Positions 19,154 through 29,368 of a DNA stretch of 64,000 bases are shown here, in pieces (the stretch's first letter is position 1; the number at the start of each line of letters is the position of its first letter). Position numbers and translations under genes: made by a program. The notes below the pieces were generated by a model, which worked only from the letters and a program-made list of their open reading frames with translations, was not told the DNA's origin and made no database searches. The DNA comes from Sulfurimonadaceae bacterium. Its GTDB lineage: Bacteria > Campylobacterota > Campylobacteria > Campylobacterales > Sulfurimonadaceae. The stretch covers positions 1-64,000 of the forward strand of contig JBFESZ010000002.1 in NCBI GenBank assembly GCA_041548245.1, written 5' to 3'.

Positions 19154-19282
19154 ATCTGCCTCAAGTTAAATATAGGATATTTTAGCACAGAAAAGTTTTG
19201 ACTGAAAGATATTATGATGATTTATTAAAAATAGTTGCTCTTATCATGAGGCGAATATGAATAGAGAGGGTATAATTCCAAT

Positions 19283-19858
19283 ATGTCTCGAATTGATAAT
19301 GAAGAATTTTATTCTGCTGCTATAAAAAAATATGGCGACTCCCCTAAGGGTGTGCACTGGAACTCTCTCTACTCTCAGAAAAAACGTTTTGAAGTACTTC
19401 TGTCGTGTATAGATGATCAGGGTTTTTCTATTGTGGATGTAGGTTGCGGGTTTGGTGATCTGTATCAGTATCTTATTGATAAAAAGATTGCCTTTACTCA
19501 TTATACCGGAGTGGATATAAGTCTGAGTATGCTAAAGATAGCAAAAGAGAAAACGGGCTGTGAAGTATTGGCCTGTGATGCTTGCAGAGATACCCTGCCT
19601 CGGGCAGACTACTACATCTGCAGCGGGGCGATGAATATCCTGAGCCGTTTTGAGACATATCTCTTCATACGAAACTGTTATGAAGCCTGTATAAAAGGGT
19701 TTGCTTTCAACCTTTTGATGGGAAAGGATGACTCTTTGGTCTATAACCATTTTTATCCGCAGGAACTGCAAGGACTTTTTGATGAACTAGGTGCAAAAGT
19801 TATCCTAAAAAAGGGCTATTTAAAACATGACTTTACCATCTTTTTGGAGAAGTCCTAA
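19283..19858 (+). CDS. Class I SAM-dependent methyltransferase
   Basis: 'DVGCGFGDL', 'YTGVDIS', 'CSGAMN'. Confidence 0.85.
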   Translation: MSRIDNEEFYSAAIKKYGDSPKGVHWNSLYSQKKRFEVLLSCIDDQGFSIVDVGCGFGDLYQYLIDKKIAFTHYTGVDISLSMLKIAKEKTGCEVLACDACRDTLPRADYYICSGAMNILSRFETYLFIRNCYEACIKGFAFNLLMGKDDSLVYNHFYPQELQGLFDELGAKVILKKGYLKHDFTIFLEKS

Positions 19859-21657
19859 TGTGCGCTATTTTTGGGATAATAGGCGAATATGATGGCTCCC
19901 TGGCCCGCAAGGCTCTTTTGCTACTTTCTCACAGGGGACCGGATTACTGTGGTATCGTCGAAGAGAAAGACCTCTTTATTGCGCATAACAGACTCAGTAT
20001 TGTGGATCTAAGTACAGAAGCTTCTCAGCCTATGCGCAGGGGTGAGACGATACTCAGTTTCAACGGAGAAATATACAATTTCAAAGAACTCAAGAAACAG
20101 CTGAATATTCCATTTAAGACGCAAAGTGATACAGAGGTCATTTTGGCAGCGTATCAACAGTGGGGAATATCTTTTGTCGATCATCTTGAAGGGATGTTCG
20201 CCATCGCCTTATATGACAAAGGAAAACTGTATCTCTTTCGTGACCGTTTAGGGAAAAAACCTCTGTATTACATGCATACTCCGAATCAGTTCATTTTTGC
20301 TTCAGAGATAAAAGGGATTATCCCCTTCTTAAAGAAGAAACATATGAACCAAGATGCACTGCATGCTTATTTGAGTTATCTGGCTCCAACGCCTCCACAG
20401 ACATTCTATGAGAGTATTAAGAAGTTGGAATCTGGTCACTTTGCTTTGTATGAGGGTGGAAAGTTACAAGTCAAGGCCTATTATGATGTATTGCCATGTG
20501 AGATTACTATTGACACGGAAGAAGAGGCTTTAGCGACAATTGAGTCTATATTGAAAGAGAGTATTCAAAAGCGTCTGATGGGAGATGTCGAAGTCGCGTC
20601 TTTACTTTCAGGGGGCGTAGATTCCTCTTTGATAGCGGCGATGACATCTTTAATGGGAACGAAACTAAAAACTTTTTCTTTGGGATATGAAGGGTATAAA
20701 CAGTATGACGAGCGCAGATATGCAAAAGAGGTCGCAGAGCATATTGGTGTTGAGAATATTGACATTGAACTCTCCAAAGAAGACTTTTTTGAGAATATTG
20801 ATGCCGTTACCTATGCCTTGGATGAGCCGATAAACGATCCGGCTGCCATTCCGCTGTATATGCTTTTTAAAAGAATTAAAGCAGAAGGAATTAAGGTTGT
20901 ACTCAGTGGTGAAGGAGCCGATGAGCTCTTTTTAGGATATCGACAATATTTTGAATACTTGGATATAGAAAAAGCAGCAGAGCTGCATCACAAGAACTGG
21001 CTCAAAAAGTATTTTCGTTCAAACTTTTCTATGAACAGAGAGTGGGAGTGGTATAAACGTGTCTTTGAGTCACAGGTTCTGTTTAGAACAAGTGGTGAGA
21101 AGTTTACGGATATGCAAAAAAATATACTCATGCGTCAAAATGTCAAAGACGGTTTCTCTATGAAGTATCTGCAAAAGTACCGCGAAAGATATGAAGCCTA
21201 TGGAAATTCGGATGAGAGCCAATGGTACTCCTATGTTGATCTCAAGCAGTTTCAGGCTGAGCATTTTCTAAGTAAGCTTGATCGTGTTTCTATGGCGCAT
21301 GGGATTGAAGGAAGAACACCATTTTTAGATCATAAACTGGTTGAAAAAGTATTTTCTATTGAACCAAGCCTGCGCTATCGTTCCGGTGTCACAAAAGGGC
21401 TGTTAAAAAAGGTGGCCAGTTCCTATTTGCCTGAGAGTATCATCAATAGAAAGAAAAAAGGATTTTCGTCTCCTTATCTGGAATGGCTTATTGAGGCAGA
21501 TGAGCTAGAGCGCATTTTAAAAGTTAATGAGCAGACAGGTCTCTTTCATGAAGAGGTCTTACAAGAGTATATAAATAGAGGAAAACAGGGGCGTTTTAAA
21601 CAGCATTTATGGGGACTGTACCTTTTTTCAAGGTGGTATGAGAAAGAGTTCTTATAA
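19858..21657 (+). CDS. asnB: Asparagine synthase (glutamine-hydrolysing)-family amidotransferase
   Basis: 'MCAIFG', 'HRGPD', 'FNGEIYN', 'LLSGGVDSS', 'SGEGADELF', 'RTPFLD'. Confidence 0.92.
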   Translation: MCAIFGIIGEYDGSLARKALLLLSHRGPDYCGIVEEKDLFIAHNRLSIVDLSTEASQPMRRGETILSFNGEIYNFKELKKQLNIPFKTQSDTEVILAAYQQWGISFVDHLEGMFAIALYDKGKLYLFRDRLGKKPLYYMHTPNQFIFASEIKGIIPFLKKKHMNQDALHAYLSYLAPTPPQTFYESIKKLESGHFALYEGGKLQVKAYYDVLPCEITIDTEEEALATIESILKESIQKRLMGDVEVASLLSGGVDSSLIAAMTSLMGTKLKTFSLGYEGYKQYDERRYAKEVAEHIGVENIDIELSKEDFFENIDAVTYALDEPINDPAAIPLYMLFKRIKAEGIKVVLSGEGADELFLGYRQYFEYLDIEKAAELHHKNWLKKYFRSNFSMNREWEWYKRVFESQVLFRTSGEKFTDMQKNILMRQNVKDGFSMKYLQKYRERYEAYGNSDESQWYSYVDLKQFQAEHFLSKLDRVSMAHGIEGRTPFLDHKLVEKVFSIEPSLRYRSGVTKGLLKKVASSYLPESIINRKKKGFSSPYLEWLIEADELERILKVNEQTGLFHEEVLQEYINRGKQGRFKQHLWGLYLFSRWYEKEFL

Positions 21658-21668
21658 AAAGAGCCGTG

Positions 21669-22169
21669 TTATTCATCTTTTATCAGAAATGACAGCTCCA
21701 AAGTCCCGGAGATATAGTTGGCGAAGAAAGTGAGGACCTTTAGATCCTCGTCGCTAAAGTCTCCCTCTTCTTTGTTAAGTAGTTGTAAAAGTCCGATGAC
21801 GGTTCGTTGTGAGTCAAAGATAGGCACCGTGATCATATTGACAGTCTCAAACCCGCTTTTCTTATCGATCCCGGCTAGAAAACGCTTGTCTTTGTAAGGT
21901 TCGTTTACGATCTGGGCCTCGCCTTTTGTGTAGGTGTCTCCGGCGATTCCCGAAGTTGTACTTATCGCTATTTTACCGATACCGTCGGCAAGTTTTGTCC
22001 AGAGCATATCGGCTTCTTTATCATACATGAAGATAGAACAACGTTTTGCATGGATGAGGTCTTTTGCCTGATCGGCTATGAGTATGAGTGCGTTGTCTAA
22101 TGAGGTATCCTGAAGCAGCTGTTTTCCGAATTCTGCTATTTTTTTATAAGAGTCTGCTTTTGCTGCCAT
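21669..22169 (-). CDS. Stand-alone GAF-domain protein
   Basis: 'RCSIF', 'GIAG', 'PY.D.RF...D', 'QLLNKEEGDFSDED'. Confidence 0.85.
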   Translation of the reverse strand: MAAKADSYKKIAEFGKQLLQDTSLDNALILIADQAKDLIHAKRCSIFMYDKEADMLWTKLADGIGKIAISTTSGIAGDTYTKGEAQIVNEPYKDKRFLAGIDKKSGFETVNMITVPIFDSQRTVIGLLQLLNKEEGDFSDEDLKVLTFFANYISGTLELSFLIKDE

Positions 22170-22258
22170 GCTTTTCCTTGATAATATATATGCTTATTAA
22201 AGTCATTGATTATATCGTAAAACGGTTACTTCTTTCTAGCCTTTGATACTCTTCAGTT

Positions 22259-22666
22259 TCATATTTCTTGAGAAAAACGCATTAGCACAGCCACAATGTC
22301 ATTCATTGAAAGCAGTCCTAAGAGTTCTCCATCGCTCGTGACAAGAAGACGGTTGACACCATGATGGGTCATCATCTGTGCAGCGTATTTAATATTAAGA
22401 TTAGCGGAGACTTGAATGATCGGTTTGGTGGCAATGTCGTAGACATTCAAAAGATCCATATCACCGTCTTGTGAAAATATGGCATTTAAAATATTGGTAT
22501 AGGTAACAATGCCAAAAGCATCATGCGGGTTGTCCTTTTCGACAATAATAGATTTGACTTTTTTTTCCTGCATAATCTGAAGGCAGTTTCGGACACTTTC
22601 AATCGAAGGGATGGTAATGATCTCTTCTCTTGGAATCATTATCTCTTGTACAGTGACGAGTTTCAT
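22259..22666 (-). CDS. Stand-alone CBS-pair protein
   Basis: 'VQEIM', 'FGIVTYTNI', 'RLLVT..GELLGLLSMND'. Confidence 0.88.
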   Translation of the reverse strand: MKLVTVQEIMIPREEIITIPSIESVRNCLQIMQEKKVKSIIVEKDNPHDAFGIVTYTNILNAIFSQDGDMDLLNVYDIATKPIIQVSANLNIKYAAQMMTHHGVNRLLVTSDGELLGLLSMNDIVAVLMRFSQEI

Positions 22667-22687
22667 AGCTACTCCTTTGTAGTTTCT

Positions 22688-23032
22688 TTAGAATGACTTC
22701 ATATTTTCCTGAAATTTACGCAATTGTTTGGCTGGAATACCTGAAAGATGTTCGATTGGCAGGGAAAAGACAAGACCATTACCGGACTGGTCAAGTTCCA
22801 GCTCTTGTGTAATGGCTTTGATGACCCTCAGGGCACTGCGCTTTTCCATGACAAATATCAGTACTGAATCAGCACGTTCATAAGTCAGACCAAAAAATGT
22901 TGTCTTGTCTCCTAGCCCTAAACCTCGACCTTTTAAAATAGTTACTCCACCGGCACCATTGGCTTTGGCAATATCAATTGCAGTATCTTCGTGTTCTTCA
23001 TCGACGATAGCGACGACAGTTGAAAACTTCAT
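22688..23032 (-). CDS. Non-canonical P-II family protein
   Basis: '[11 protein letters not shown]', 'GNGLVFSLP'; ATGA coupling to the DUF1538 gene. Confidence 0.82.
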   Translation of the reverse strand: MKFSTVVAIVDEEHEDTAIDIAKANGAGGVTILKGRGLGLGDKTTFFGLTYERADSVLIFVMEKRSALRVIKAITQELELDQSGNGLVFSLPIEHLSGIPAKQLRKFQENMKSF

Positions 23033-24549
23033 TGTTCATCTCCTTGTTCAGATTGTAATTTTTCTTTGTCAAGTTTTGCCAGATATTGGGTAATAACACC
23101 GTATCCCATGACAGTGATCATGGGAAAGAGCGAGGCAAAGGCGATAAGACCAAAGCCATCAATCAAAGGGCTTCGTCCTTCTATCTGAGTAGCCAGACCA
23201 AGTCCCAAAGCAGCGACCAGTGGTACGGTAACGGTTGAAGTCGTCACCCCGCCAGAGTCATAGGCAATGGGAATGATGTATTTCGGGGCCATAAATGTAA
23301 GGATAATAACGATGATATAACCTATGATGATGTAATAGTGTATAGGGTCTCCTTCCACTATTCTGTAGGCCCCCAAAGCAATACCGATGGCAACACCAAA
23401 GGCTACAGATATGCGTAGTACCATCTGGCGAATACGCTTTTGTGATATCTCTTCGACTTTCATTGCAATGGCTAAAAGTGCAGGTTCAGCCATTGTCGTT
23501 GAAAATCCGATGAGAAATCCAAAGAGATAAATATAAAAGAGATTCTCTTGGGATGTTAATTGCAAGGCCATCGTCTCTCCAATCGGAAAGAGTCCCATCT
23601 CAAGGCCAATGATAAAAGCATAAAGACCTATAATAACATAGAGGATTCCTGTGGAAATTTTTATCAGATTCTTCAACTCTTTTCGGATAATCATATATTG
23701 AAATAAGAAGATGACTACCAGAATAGGAATAACATCTTTAACAACATTGACAAATTCATAAAAAAGCTTTAATACCGAGAACTTTTCAACATTGACTTCA
23801 GCGGTTGATATTACTTCATGAGTGAGCAGAGCCGTTTCAAGATCAAGGTTGTAGACGACAACTCCATAGCCTTGAACAAAGATCATCGGTGTCAGTGAGG
23901 CAAAGGCAATAAGGCCAAAGCCATCTACGACAGGGTTACGACCACGTATGCTCGAAGCAAGACCGACACCTAGCGCCGCTACAAGAGGGACTGTTACCGT
24001 TGAAGTCGTTACTCCGCCAGAGTCATAGGCAAGGCCTACAATCTCTGCCGGAACGAAAAAAGTAAAGAGAACAACAAGGATATAGCCAGTGATAATATAC
24101 ATATGAATAGGATGGCCGGTAATAATTCGCCAAGAGCCCAATGCTATGGCAAACCCTACGGAAAAGGCGACCGTAAGACGCAAGGCATCTGCATTGATAC
24201 GCCCAAGAGATATCAATTGCGCTTTTTTGGCAATGGCGATGAGAGCGGGTTCGGCTACTGTGGTTGAAAACCCGATAGCAAAGGCAAAGATCAATAGCCA
24301 GATCACAGAACCCTTTGCGGCAAACTCATGTGCCAGGTTCTCACCGATAGGAAAGATTCCGATCTCAAGCCCCTGAATAAAAATGGTCAGCCCGATCGCT
24401 ACAATGAGAAGTCCCAAAAGGATAGAGCTGAGGTCTTTGGGAACTTGTTGCAAGATAAAGATCTGAAAAAAAGCAATCACCAATACAATGGGCAAGAGGT
24501 CTTTAAACGAGTCACTTAAAAGTCTGGCAACAAGTCTGAGACTTTTCAT
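23029..24549 (-). CDS. DUF1538 membrane protein, two fused homologous halves
   Basis: Duplicated 'GLE.G.FPIGE', 'GFSTT.AEPAL', '[24 protein letters not shown]', '[11 protein letters not shown]'. Confidence 0.88.
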   Translation of the reverse strand: MKSLRLVARLLSDSFKDLLPIVLVIAFFQIFILQQVPKDLSSILLGLLIVAIGLTIFIQGLEIGIFPIGENLAHEFAAKGSVIWLLIFAFAIGFSTTVAEPALIAIAKKAQLISLGRINADALRLTVAFSVGFAIALGSWRIITGHPIHMYIITGYILVVLFTFFVPAEIVGLAYDSGGVTTSTVTVPLVAALGVGLASSIRGRNPVVDGFGLIAFASLTPMIFVQGYGVVVYNLDLETALLTHEVISTAEVNVEKFSVLKLFYEFVNVVKDVIPILVVIFLFQYMIIRKELKNLIKISTGILYVIIGLYAFIIGLEMGLFPIGETMALQLTSQENLFYIYLFGFLIGFSTTMAEPALLAIAMKVEEISQKRIRQMVLRISVAFGVAIGIALGAYRIVEGDPIHYYIIIGYIIVIILTFMAPKYIIPIAYDSGGVTTSTVTVPLVAALGLGLATQIEGRSPLIDGFGLIAFASLFPMITVMGYGVITQYLAKLDKEKLQSEQGDEQ

Positions 24550-24553
24550 CGGA

Positions 24554-25060
24554 TTATGCTTTTTCCTCGTTAAAGTAGTTTGCGAGCTCTACATATCCAC
24601 TGATATAGTGATTGAAAAATGTCAGTAAGCGTTTGTCTTCTTCATTGAACTCGCCATCTGTTTTATTTAACAGCTGTAGGACACCGATAGGCTTATCAAA
24701 GGCATCAAGTATCGGAGTAGCAATGATGTTTTGTGTGATATAACCGGTCCCATGGTCTATTTTTGATGAGAAACGATTATCAGAGTAGGGGTTGTTGACA
24801 ATCAACGTCCTTTTCTCTTGAAAAGCAGCCCCTGCGATACCTTCATCTGCAGCAATGTGAATCTCGCCAACACCATCAGCAAGTACGGTCCATAAACAAT
24901 CTTTTTTTCTGTTGTAGATAAAGACGGAACAGCGATCCGCTTCCAATAGCTCTTTGGCATACGATGAGATGAGAGGAATAGCCAGTTCCAAAGATGGACG
25001 CGCTAACAGTTTTCTTCCAAACTCGGCAATTTTGGTAAATGATTTGATATTTTTGTACAT
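24554..25060 (-). CDS. Stand-alone GAF-domain protein (paralog of 21669-22169)
   Basis: 'RCSVF', 'GIAG', 'PYSDNRF', '[14 protein letters not shown]'. Confidence 0.85.
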   Translation of the reverse strand: MYKNIKSFTKIAEFGRKLLARPSLELAIPLISSYAKELLEADRCSVFIYNRKKDCLWTVLADGVGEIHIAADEGIAGAAFQEKRTLIVNNPYSDNRFSSKIDHGTGYITQNIIATPILDAFDKPIGVLQLLNKTDGEFNEEDKRLLTFFNHYISGYVELANYFNEEKA

Positions 25061-25174
25061 ATTTAATCTTACACTATATAACTAAAAATAATGTTATAAG
25101 CTGTGAATTTTATGAAATTCTTTTTTGAGGTTATAATATGCCAATAATTTTACAAAATATAGCATGGAGAGAAT

Positions 25175-25522
25175 ATGAGCTCGTATACAATTTGGCATAA
25201 CCCACGTTGTTCAAAATCACGTCAGACACTGGGGATATTAGAAGAAAAAGGTGCACAGACCGATGTCGTGAAGTATTTAGAAGATACTCCGTCGGTAGAA
25301 GAGATCAAAGAGGTCTTGAAAAAGTTGAATATTTCAGCACGTGAGCTGATGCGGACAAAAGAGGATGAGTATAAAGCACTTGGACTTAAGGATGAGATGG
25401 ATGAACAGAAGCTTATTGAAGCCATGGCATCGCATCCAAAACTTATTGAACGTCCTGTCGTGATCAGGGGGGACAAGGCGGTTCTTGGAAGACCGCCTGA
25501 AAAGGTTCTTGAACTCTTATAA
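25175..25522 (+). CDS. arsC: Glutaredoxin-dependent arsenate reductase (ArsC family)
   Basis: 'HNPRCSKSR', 'LIERPVV', 'GRPPE'. Confidence 0.88.
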   Translation: MSSYTIWHNPRCSKSRQTLGILEEKGAQTDVVKYLEDTPSVEEIKEVLKKLNISARELMRTKEDEYKALGLKDEMDEQKLIEAMASHPKLIERPVVIRGDKAVLGRPPEKVLELL

Positions 25523-25524
25523 GG

Positions 25525-25923
25525 CTATTTTTTCAGGAACTCTTTGGAACTGATCCAATAGAAGAGGGCAATCGTAATGAGATAGAAGCTTCCCCAGACC
25601 AGATTGGAAAGCCATGAGTATGACAGCAAGGAGATATAAAAGAGCATACTTATAGCACTGAAGCCAAGATTACTGTAGGTAAAAAGAGCTTTTTTGTCTT
25701 CTACATCAAACTCTTTGACAACATATCCGACAGAGAGTTTTATGCCAAAATAGTAGAATAATAAAAGCCAAGCAAAACTTGCTATGGTCAAGGCAACAGG
25801 GTGAAGTTCGCTAAAAAGGGTTCGAAGCAGCCTATCGGTCACACTGAAGATAATAGGGAAAAGCACACCGGCAAAGATGACCAAAAGAATAGTCAATGCA
25901 AGGGTGGATATCCTGTATCTCAT
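25525..25923 (-). CDS. Hypothetical membrane protein (~4 TM)
   Basis: Hydrophobic 132-aa ORF 5 nt downstream of dcd. Confidence 0.65.
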   Translation of the reverse strand: MRYRISTLALTILLVIFAGVLFPIIFSVTDRLLRTLFSELHPVALTIASFAWLLLFYYFGIKLSVGYVVKEFDVEDKKALFTYSNLGFSAISMLFYISLLSYSWLSNLVWGSFYLITIALFYWISSKEFLKK

Positions 25924-25928
25924 CGGAT

Positions 25929-26495
25929 TTAGTGCTTGTCGAGAATACGAGGCAGCGTAATACCCTCTTGTCCTTGGTATTTTCCGCTTTTATCACGGTA
26001 TGAGGTCTCACACACTTCATCGCCTTGAAGGAAAAGAACTTGTGCAATACCTTCATTCGCATAGATTTTTGCCGGTAGAGGTGTCGTATTGGAAATCTCA
26101 ATAGTGATATGACCTTCAAATTCTGGTTCAAATGGTGTCACATTGACAATGATTCCACAGCGGGCATAGGTTGATTTTCCAAGACAGATGGCCAAAACGT
26201 CACGCGGGATTTTGAAGTATTCGACCGTTCTGGCCAAGGCAAATGAGTTTGGGGGAACAATACAGACATCACCGGTATAGTCAACGACATTGGCATCATC
26301 AAAATGTTTAGGATCGACAACAGTGGAGTTCAGATTGGTAAAGATTTTAAATTCATTACTGACACGGATATCATAGCCGTATGAGCTTAGACCGTAACTG
26401 ACAACCCCTTTGCCTACCTGATCTTCACAAAAAGGTGAAATCATTCCGTTTTTGATTGCCTCTTCACGTATCCAAGTATCCGCTTTTAAACCCAT
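25929..26495 (-). CDS. dcd: dCTP deaminase
   Basis: '[12 protein letters not shown]', 'GKSTYARCG', 'EGIAQVLF'. Confidence 0.97.
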   Translation of the reverse strand: MGLKADTWIREEAIKNGMISPFCEDQVGKGVVSYGLSSYGYDIRVSNEFKIFTNLNSTVVDPKHFDDANVVDYTGDVCIVPPNSFALARTVEYFKIPRDVLAICLGKSTYARCGIIVNVTPFEPEFEGHITIEISNTTPLPAKIYANEGIAQVLFLQGDEVCETSYRDKSGKYQGQEGITLPRILDKH

Positions 26496-26594
26496 TTATA
26501 AACCCTTTTTTAATAGTATTACTTAATCTTAATTTTAATTTCGATATTATATCACACTATTTTTTACATAATTTGCTTTAGGAGACATAATCCA

Positions 26595-27044
26595 ATGGAT
26601 ATGAAACAGATAAAATCACTAATGAAAGAGTTCGATGACAGCACTCTTAGTTCACTTAAAATCAACAAAGAGGGTTTTTCTATTGAGCTTGAAAAAGCAA
26701 CGATCGCAACAGCAGTGACAGCAGCACCAGTTGCAGTGGCGGCACCTGCTCCAGCAGCAGCTGCACCTGTTTCAACGACAGCTCCGGCAGTAGAAGAGAT
26801 TGCGGGCGATAAGATCCTTTCTCCTATGGTAGGAACATTTTATGCCTCTCCATCTCCAGACTCTCCTGCTTTTGTGAAAGAGGGTGATGTTATTAAAAAA
26901 GGACAGCCATTGGCAATCCTTGAAGCAATGAAGATCATGAATGAACTTGAAGCAGAGTTTGATTGTAAAATCCTTAAAATTCTAGTTGAAGATGGCAAGC
27001 CGGTTGAGTATGATATGCCATTATTCATAGTAGAGAAAATGTAA
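26595..27044 (+). CDS. accB: Acetyl-CoA carboxylase biotin carboxyl carrier protein
   Basis: Ala/Pro linker, 'SPMVGTFY', 'EAMKIMNE'. Confidence 0.97.
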   Translation: MDMKQIKSLMKEFDDSTLSSLKINKEGFSIELEKATIATAVTAAPVAVAAPAPAAAAPVSTTAPAVEEIAGDKILSPMVGTFYASPSPDSPAFVKEGDVIKKGQPLAILEAMKIMNELEAEFDCKILKILVEDGKPVEYDMPLFIVEKM

Positions 27045-27045
27045 T

Positions 27046-28386
27046 ATGGCTGAGATCAAAAGAGTCTTAGTTGCCAACCGTGGTGAGATTGCTCTTCGTG
27101 CAATTCGTACGATCAAAGAGATGGGAAAAGAAGCGGTTGCAATTTATTCCAAAGCAGATAAAGGTGCTCACTATCTTGAACTTGCAGATGCAGCTATCTG
27201 TATTGGTGATGGACCAAGTTCTGAGTCATACCTAAATATTCCTGCGGTTATTGCTGCAGCAGAAGTTACCCATTGTGATGCTATTTTTCCGGGGTATGGG
27301 TTTTTGTCCGAGAATCAGCATTTTGTAGAGATCTGTACGCACCACAAGATCAAGTTCATAGGTCCGACAGTTGAAGTTATGCAACTTATGTCTGACAAGT
27401 CAAAAGCAAAAGATGTCATGATAAAAGCTGATGTCCCTGTTGTTCCTGGTTCGGATGGTGCTATTACCGATATTGAAGATGCCAAAAAGCGTGCAAAAGC
27501 CGTAGGCTATCCAGTGATTTTAAAAGCTGCCCAAGGTGGTGGCGGACGCGGAATGCGTGTTGTCGAAGATGAGTCTTATCTAGAAAATGCGTTTTTGGCA
27601 GCAGAATCAGAAGCGATCACTGCCTTTGGTGACGGTACTATTTATATGGAGAAATTCATTAAAAACCCTCGCCACATTGAAGTCCAGATTATGGCAGACT
27701 CGCATGGCAATGTCCTTCATATCGGTGAACGTGATTGTTCTATGCAGAGACGTCATCAAAAGCTTATCGAAGAGTCTCCAGCGGTTGTATTGACTCAAGA
27801 GGTAAGAGAACGTCTATGGGCTGCAGCGGTTCGTGCGACACAATATATCAAGTATGAGGGTGCAGGAACTTTTGAGTTTTTGCTTGATTCCAACCTTGAT
27901 TTTTATTTTATGGAAATGAACACCCGTCTTCAGGTAGAGCATACCGTTTCGGAAATGGTTTCTGGTGTGGACCTTATCGAGATGATGATCCGTGTAGCTG
28001 AAGGTGAAACACTTCCGTCTCAAGACTCTATCGAGCTAAAAGGCCATGCCATCGAGTGCCGTATTACAGCAGAAGATCCTGTTAAGTTCCTTCCATGTCC
28101 GGGTAAAATTGGTGATTGGATGACACCTGGTGGTAAAGATATACGTATTGATACGCATGTTCATGCCGGATATATCGTGCCTACAATTTATGATTCTATG
28201 ATTGGTAAACTTATTGTTTATGCTGAAAATCGTGAGAAAGCTATTGCCAAGATGCATCGTGCACTTTCAGAGTTTAAGATTACAGGTATTAAAACAACAG
28301 TCGCTTTTCATCAGAAGATGATGAAAAATGAAGATTTCATCTCTAACAACTTCGATACCAAGTATCTAGAACGTTATAATGGATAA
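27046..28386 (+). CDS. accC: Acetyl-CoA carboxylase biotin carboxylase
   Basis: 'ANRGEIA', 'GGGGRGM', 'RDCSMQRRHQK', 'EMNTRLQVEH'. Confidence 0.97.
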   Translation: MAEIKRVLVANRGEIALRAIRTIKEMGKEAVAIYSKADKGAHYLELADAAICIGDGPSSESYLNIPAVIAAAEVTHCDAIFPGYGFLSENQHFVEICTHHKIKFIGPTVEVMQLMSDKSKAKDVMIKADVPVVPGSDGAITDIEDAKKRAKAVGYPVILKAAQGGGGRGMRVVEDESYLENAFLAAESEAITAFGDGTIYMEKFIKNPRHIEVQIMADSHGNVLHIGERDCSMQRRHQKLIEESPAVVLTQEVRERLWAAAVRATQYIKYEGAGTFEFLLDSNLDFYFMEMNTRLQVEHTVSEMVSGVDLIEMMIRVAEGETLPSQDSIELKGHAIECRITAEDPVKFLPCPGKIGDWMTPGGKDIRIDTHVHAGYIVPTIYDSMIGKLIVYAENREKAIAKMHRALSEFKITGIKTTVAFHQKMMKNEDFISNNFDTKYLERYNG

Positions 28387-28411
28387 AGAGTACGACGCAT
28401 CGTACTCTTTA
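28384..28411. terminator. Bidirectional intrinsic terminator between convergent genes
   Basis: TAAAGAGTACGA-cgca-TCGTACTCTTTA, perfect 12-bp stem. Confidence 0.8.
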
Positions 28412-28437
28412 CCACTCTTCTATTTATTTCATAGCTC

Positions 28438-29280
28438 TTATTCTTCAGGTAATCTCAAGATTTTAATATCAGCATTCACACGCATACGTTGAAAGTGTTC
28501 ACTGAGTATCTGTTCACGTTTTTCATCCATGATCTTTGCTTGAAGCTGGTCCCGGATGAGTTCAAGTGCAGGTGTGTTAAGTTCATTCTTTTTCATAAGA
28601 TAAAATGCCATATATCCGTTTTCACCTATCTGTGGTAAAACGGGAGTGAAATTTCCCTCTTGTGTAGCGATCAAGAGTTGAGCTAACCTTGGGTTGAGTT
28701 TGGCAGTCTCAAGGGTTTGTGCCTGTGTCTGGACATTTGGAAGGTTTATCATAGGGTTTGATATTTTTTGTTCAAGGGCATCTTTGCTCGGACTGGCGTA
28801 TACCATAGTGTCGATTGACTTCGGTGTCGTGTATTCGTCAAGGTGAAGCTTGTAATACTCTTCAAGTTCTGCTTCGGTCGGCTCTTCCATCTGGGACATG
28901 GCGATAGTGTTAAAGAGTTTTTGTTTGAGCAGTTTCTCTTTTGTTTTTTTCTTTGTTTGCGATTCACTGAGATGACGTACTGAACTCATTGCCTCATAGA
29001 GCTGGGAGAGTGTCATATTGTTTTGTTCAGCCATTTTATTAAGATCATCAAGCACTTCTCGAGTACTTACGCTTATATTGCGTTTTTTGGCTTCCATCTG
29101 TTCAAGTCTTGATCGGATGAGAAGATCGACAGTCTGTTTGACGCTGAGTTGAGAGATGGCCTGCTCCTGCTGTATCTCATACAGTGTGATGATTTCATCA
29201 TCAACCGTCACGGCAATACCACCGATGATTTCGGCAAAAAGTATAGGGCTAAGCAGTAAAGAAAGAATAAGTTTTTTCAT
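28438..29280 (-). CDS. SurA-like periplasmic chaperone (Cj1289-like)
   Basis: Signal peptide; 'IAVTVDDEIITLYEI', C-terminal 'ADIKILR'; accC/gltX synteny. Confidence 0.75.
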   Translation of the reverse strand: MKKLILSLLLSPILFAEIIGGIAVTVDDEIITLYEIQQEQAISQLSVKQTVDLLIRSRLEQMEAKKRNISVSTREVLDDLNKMAEQNNMTLSQLYEAMSSVRHLSESQTKKKTKEKLLKQKLFNTIAMSQMEEPTEAELEEYYKLHLDEYTTPKSIDTMVYASPSKDALEQKISNPMINLPNVQTQAQTLETAKLNPRLAQLLIATQEGNFTPVLPQIGENGYMAFYLMKKNELNTPALELIRDQLQAKIMDEKREQILSEHFQRMRVNADIKILRLPEE

Positions 29281-29368
29281 AAAAATCCGTCATTGTAAAG
29301 TGAAGAACTTTACCATCTTTTAACCAAGGATTAACTAAAATAGCAGCACTATAAAGTAGGGAAATATA

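Noticed and set aside
25175-25522. arsC as part of an arsenic-resistance island
   Set aside because: No arsR, arsB or acr3 nearby; lone ArsC-family genes are common
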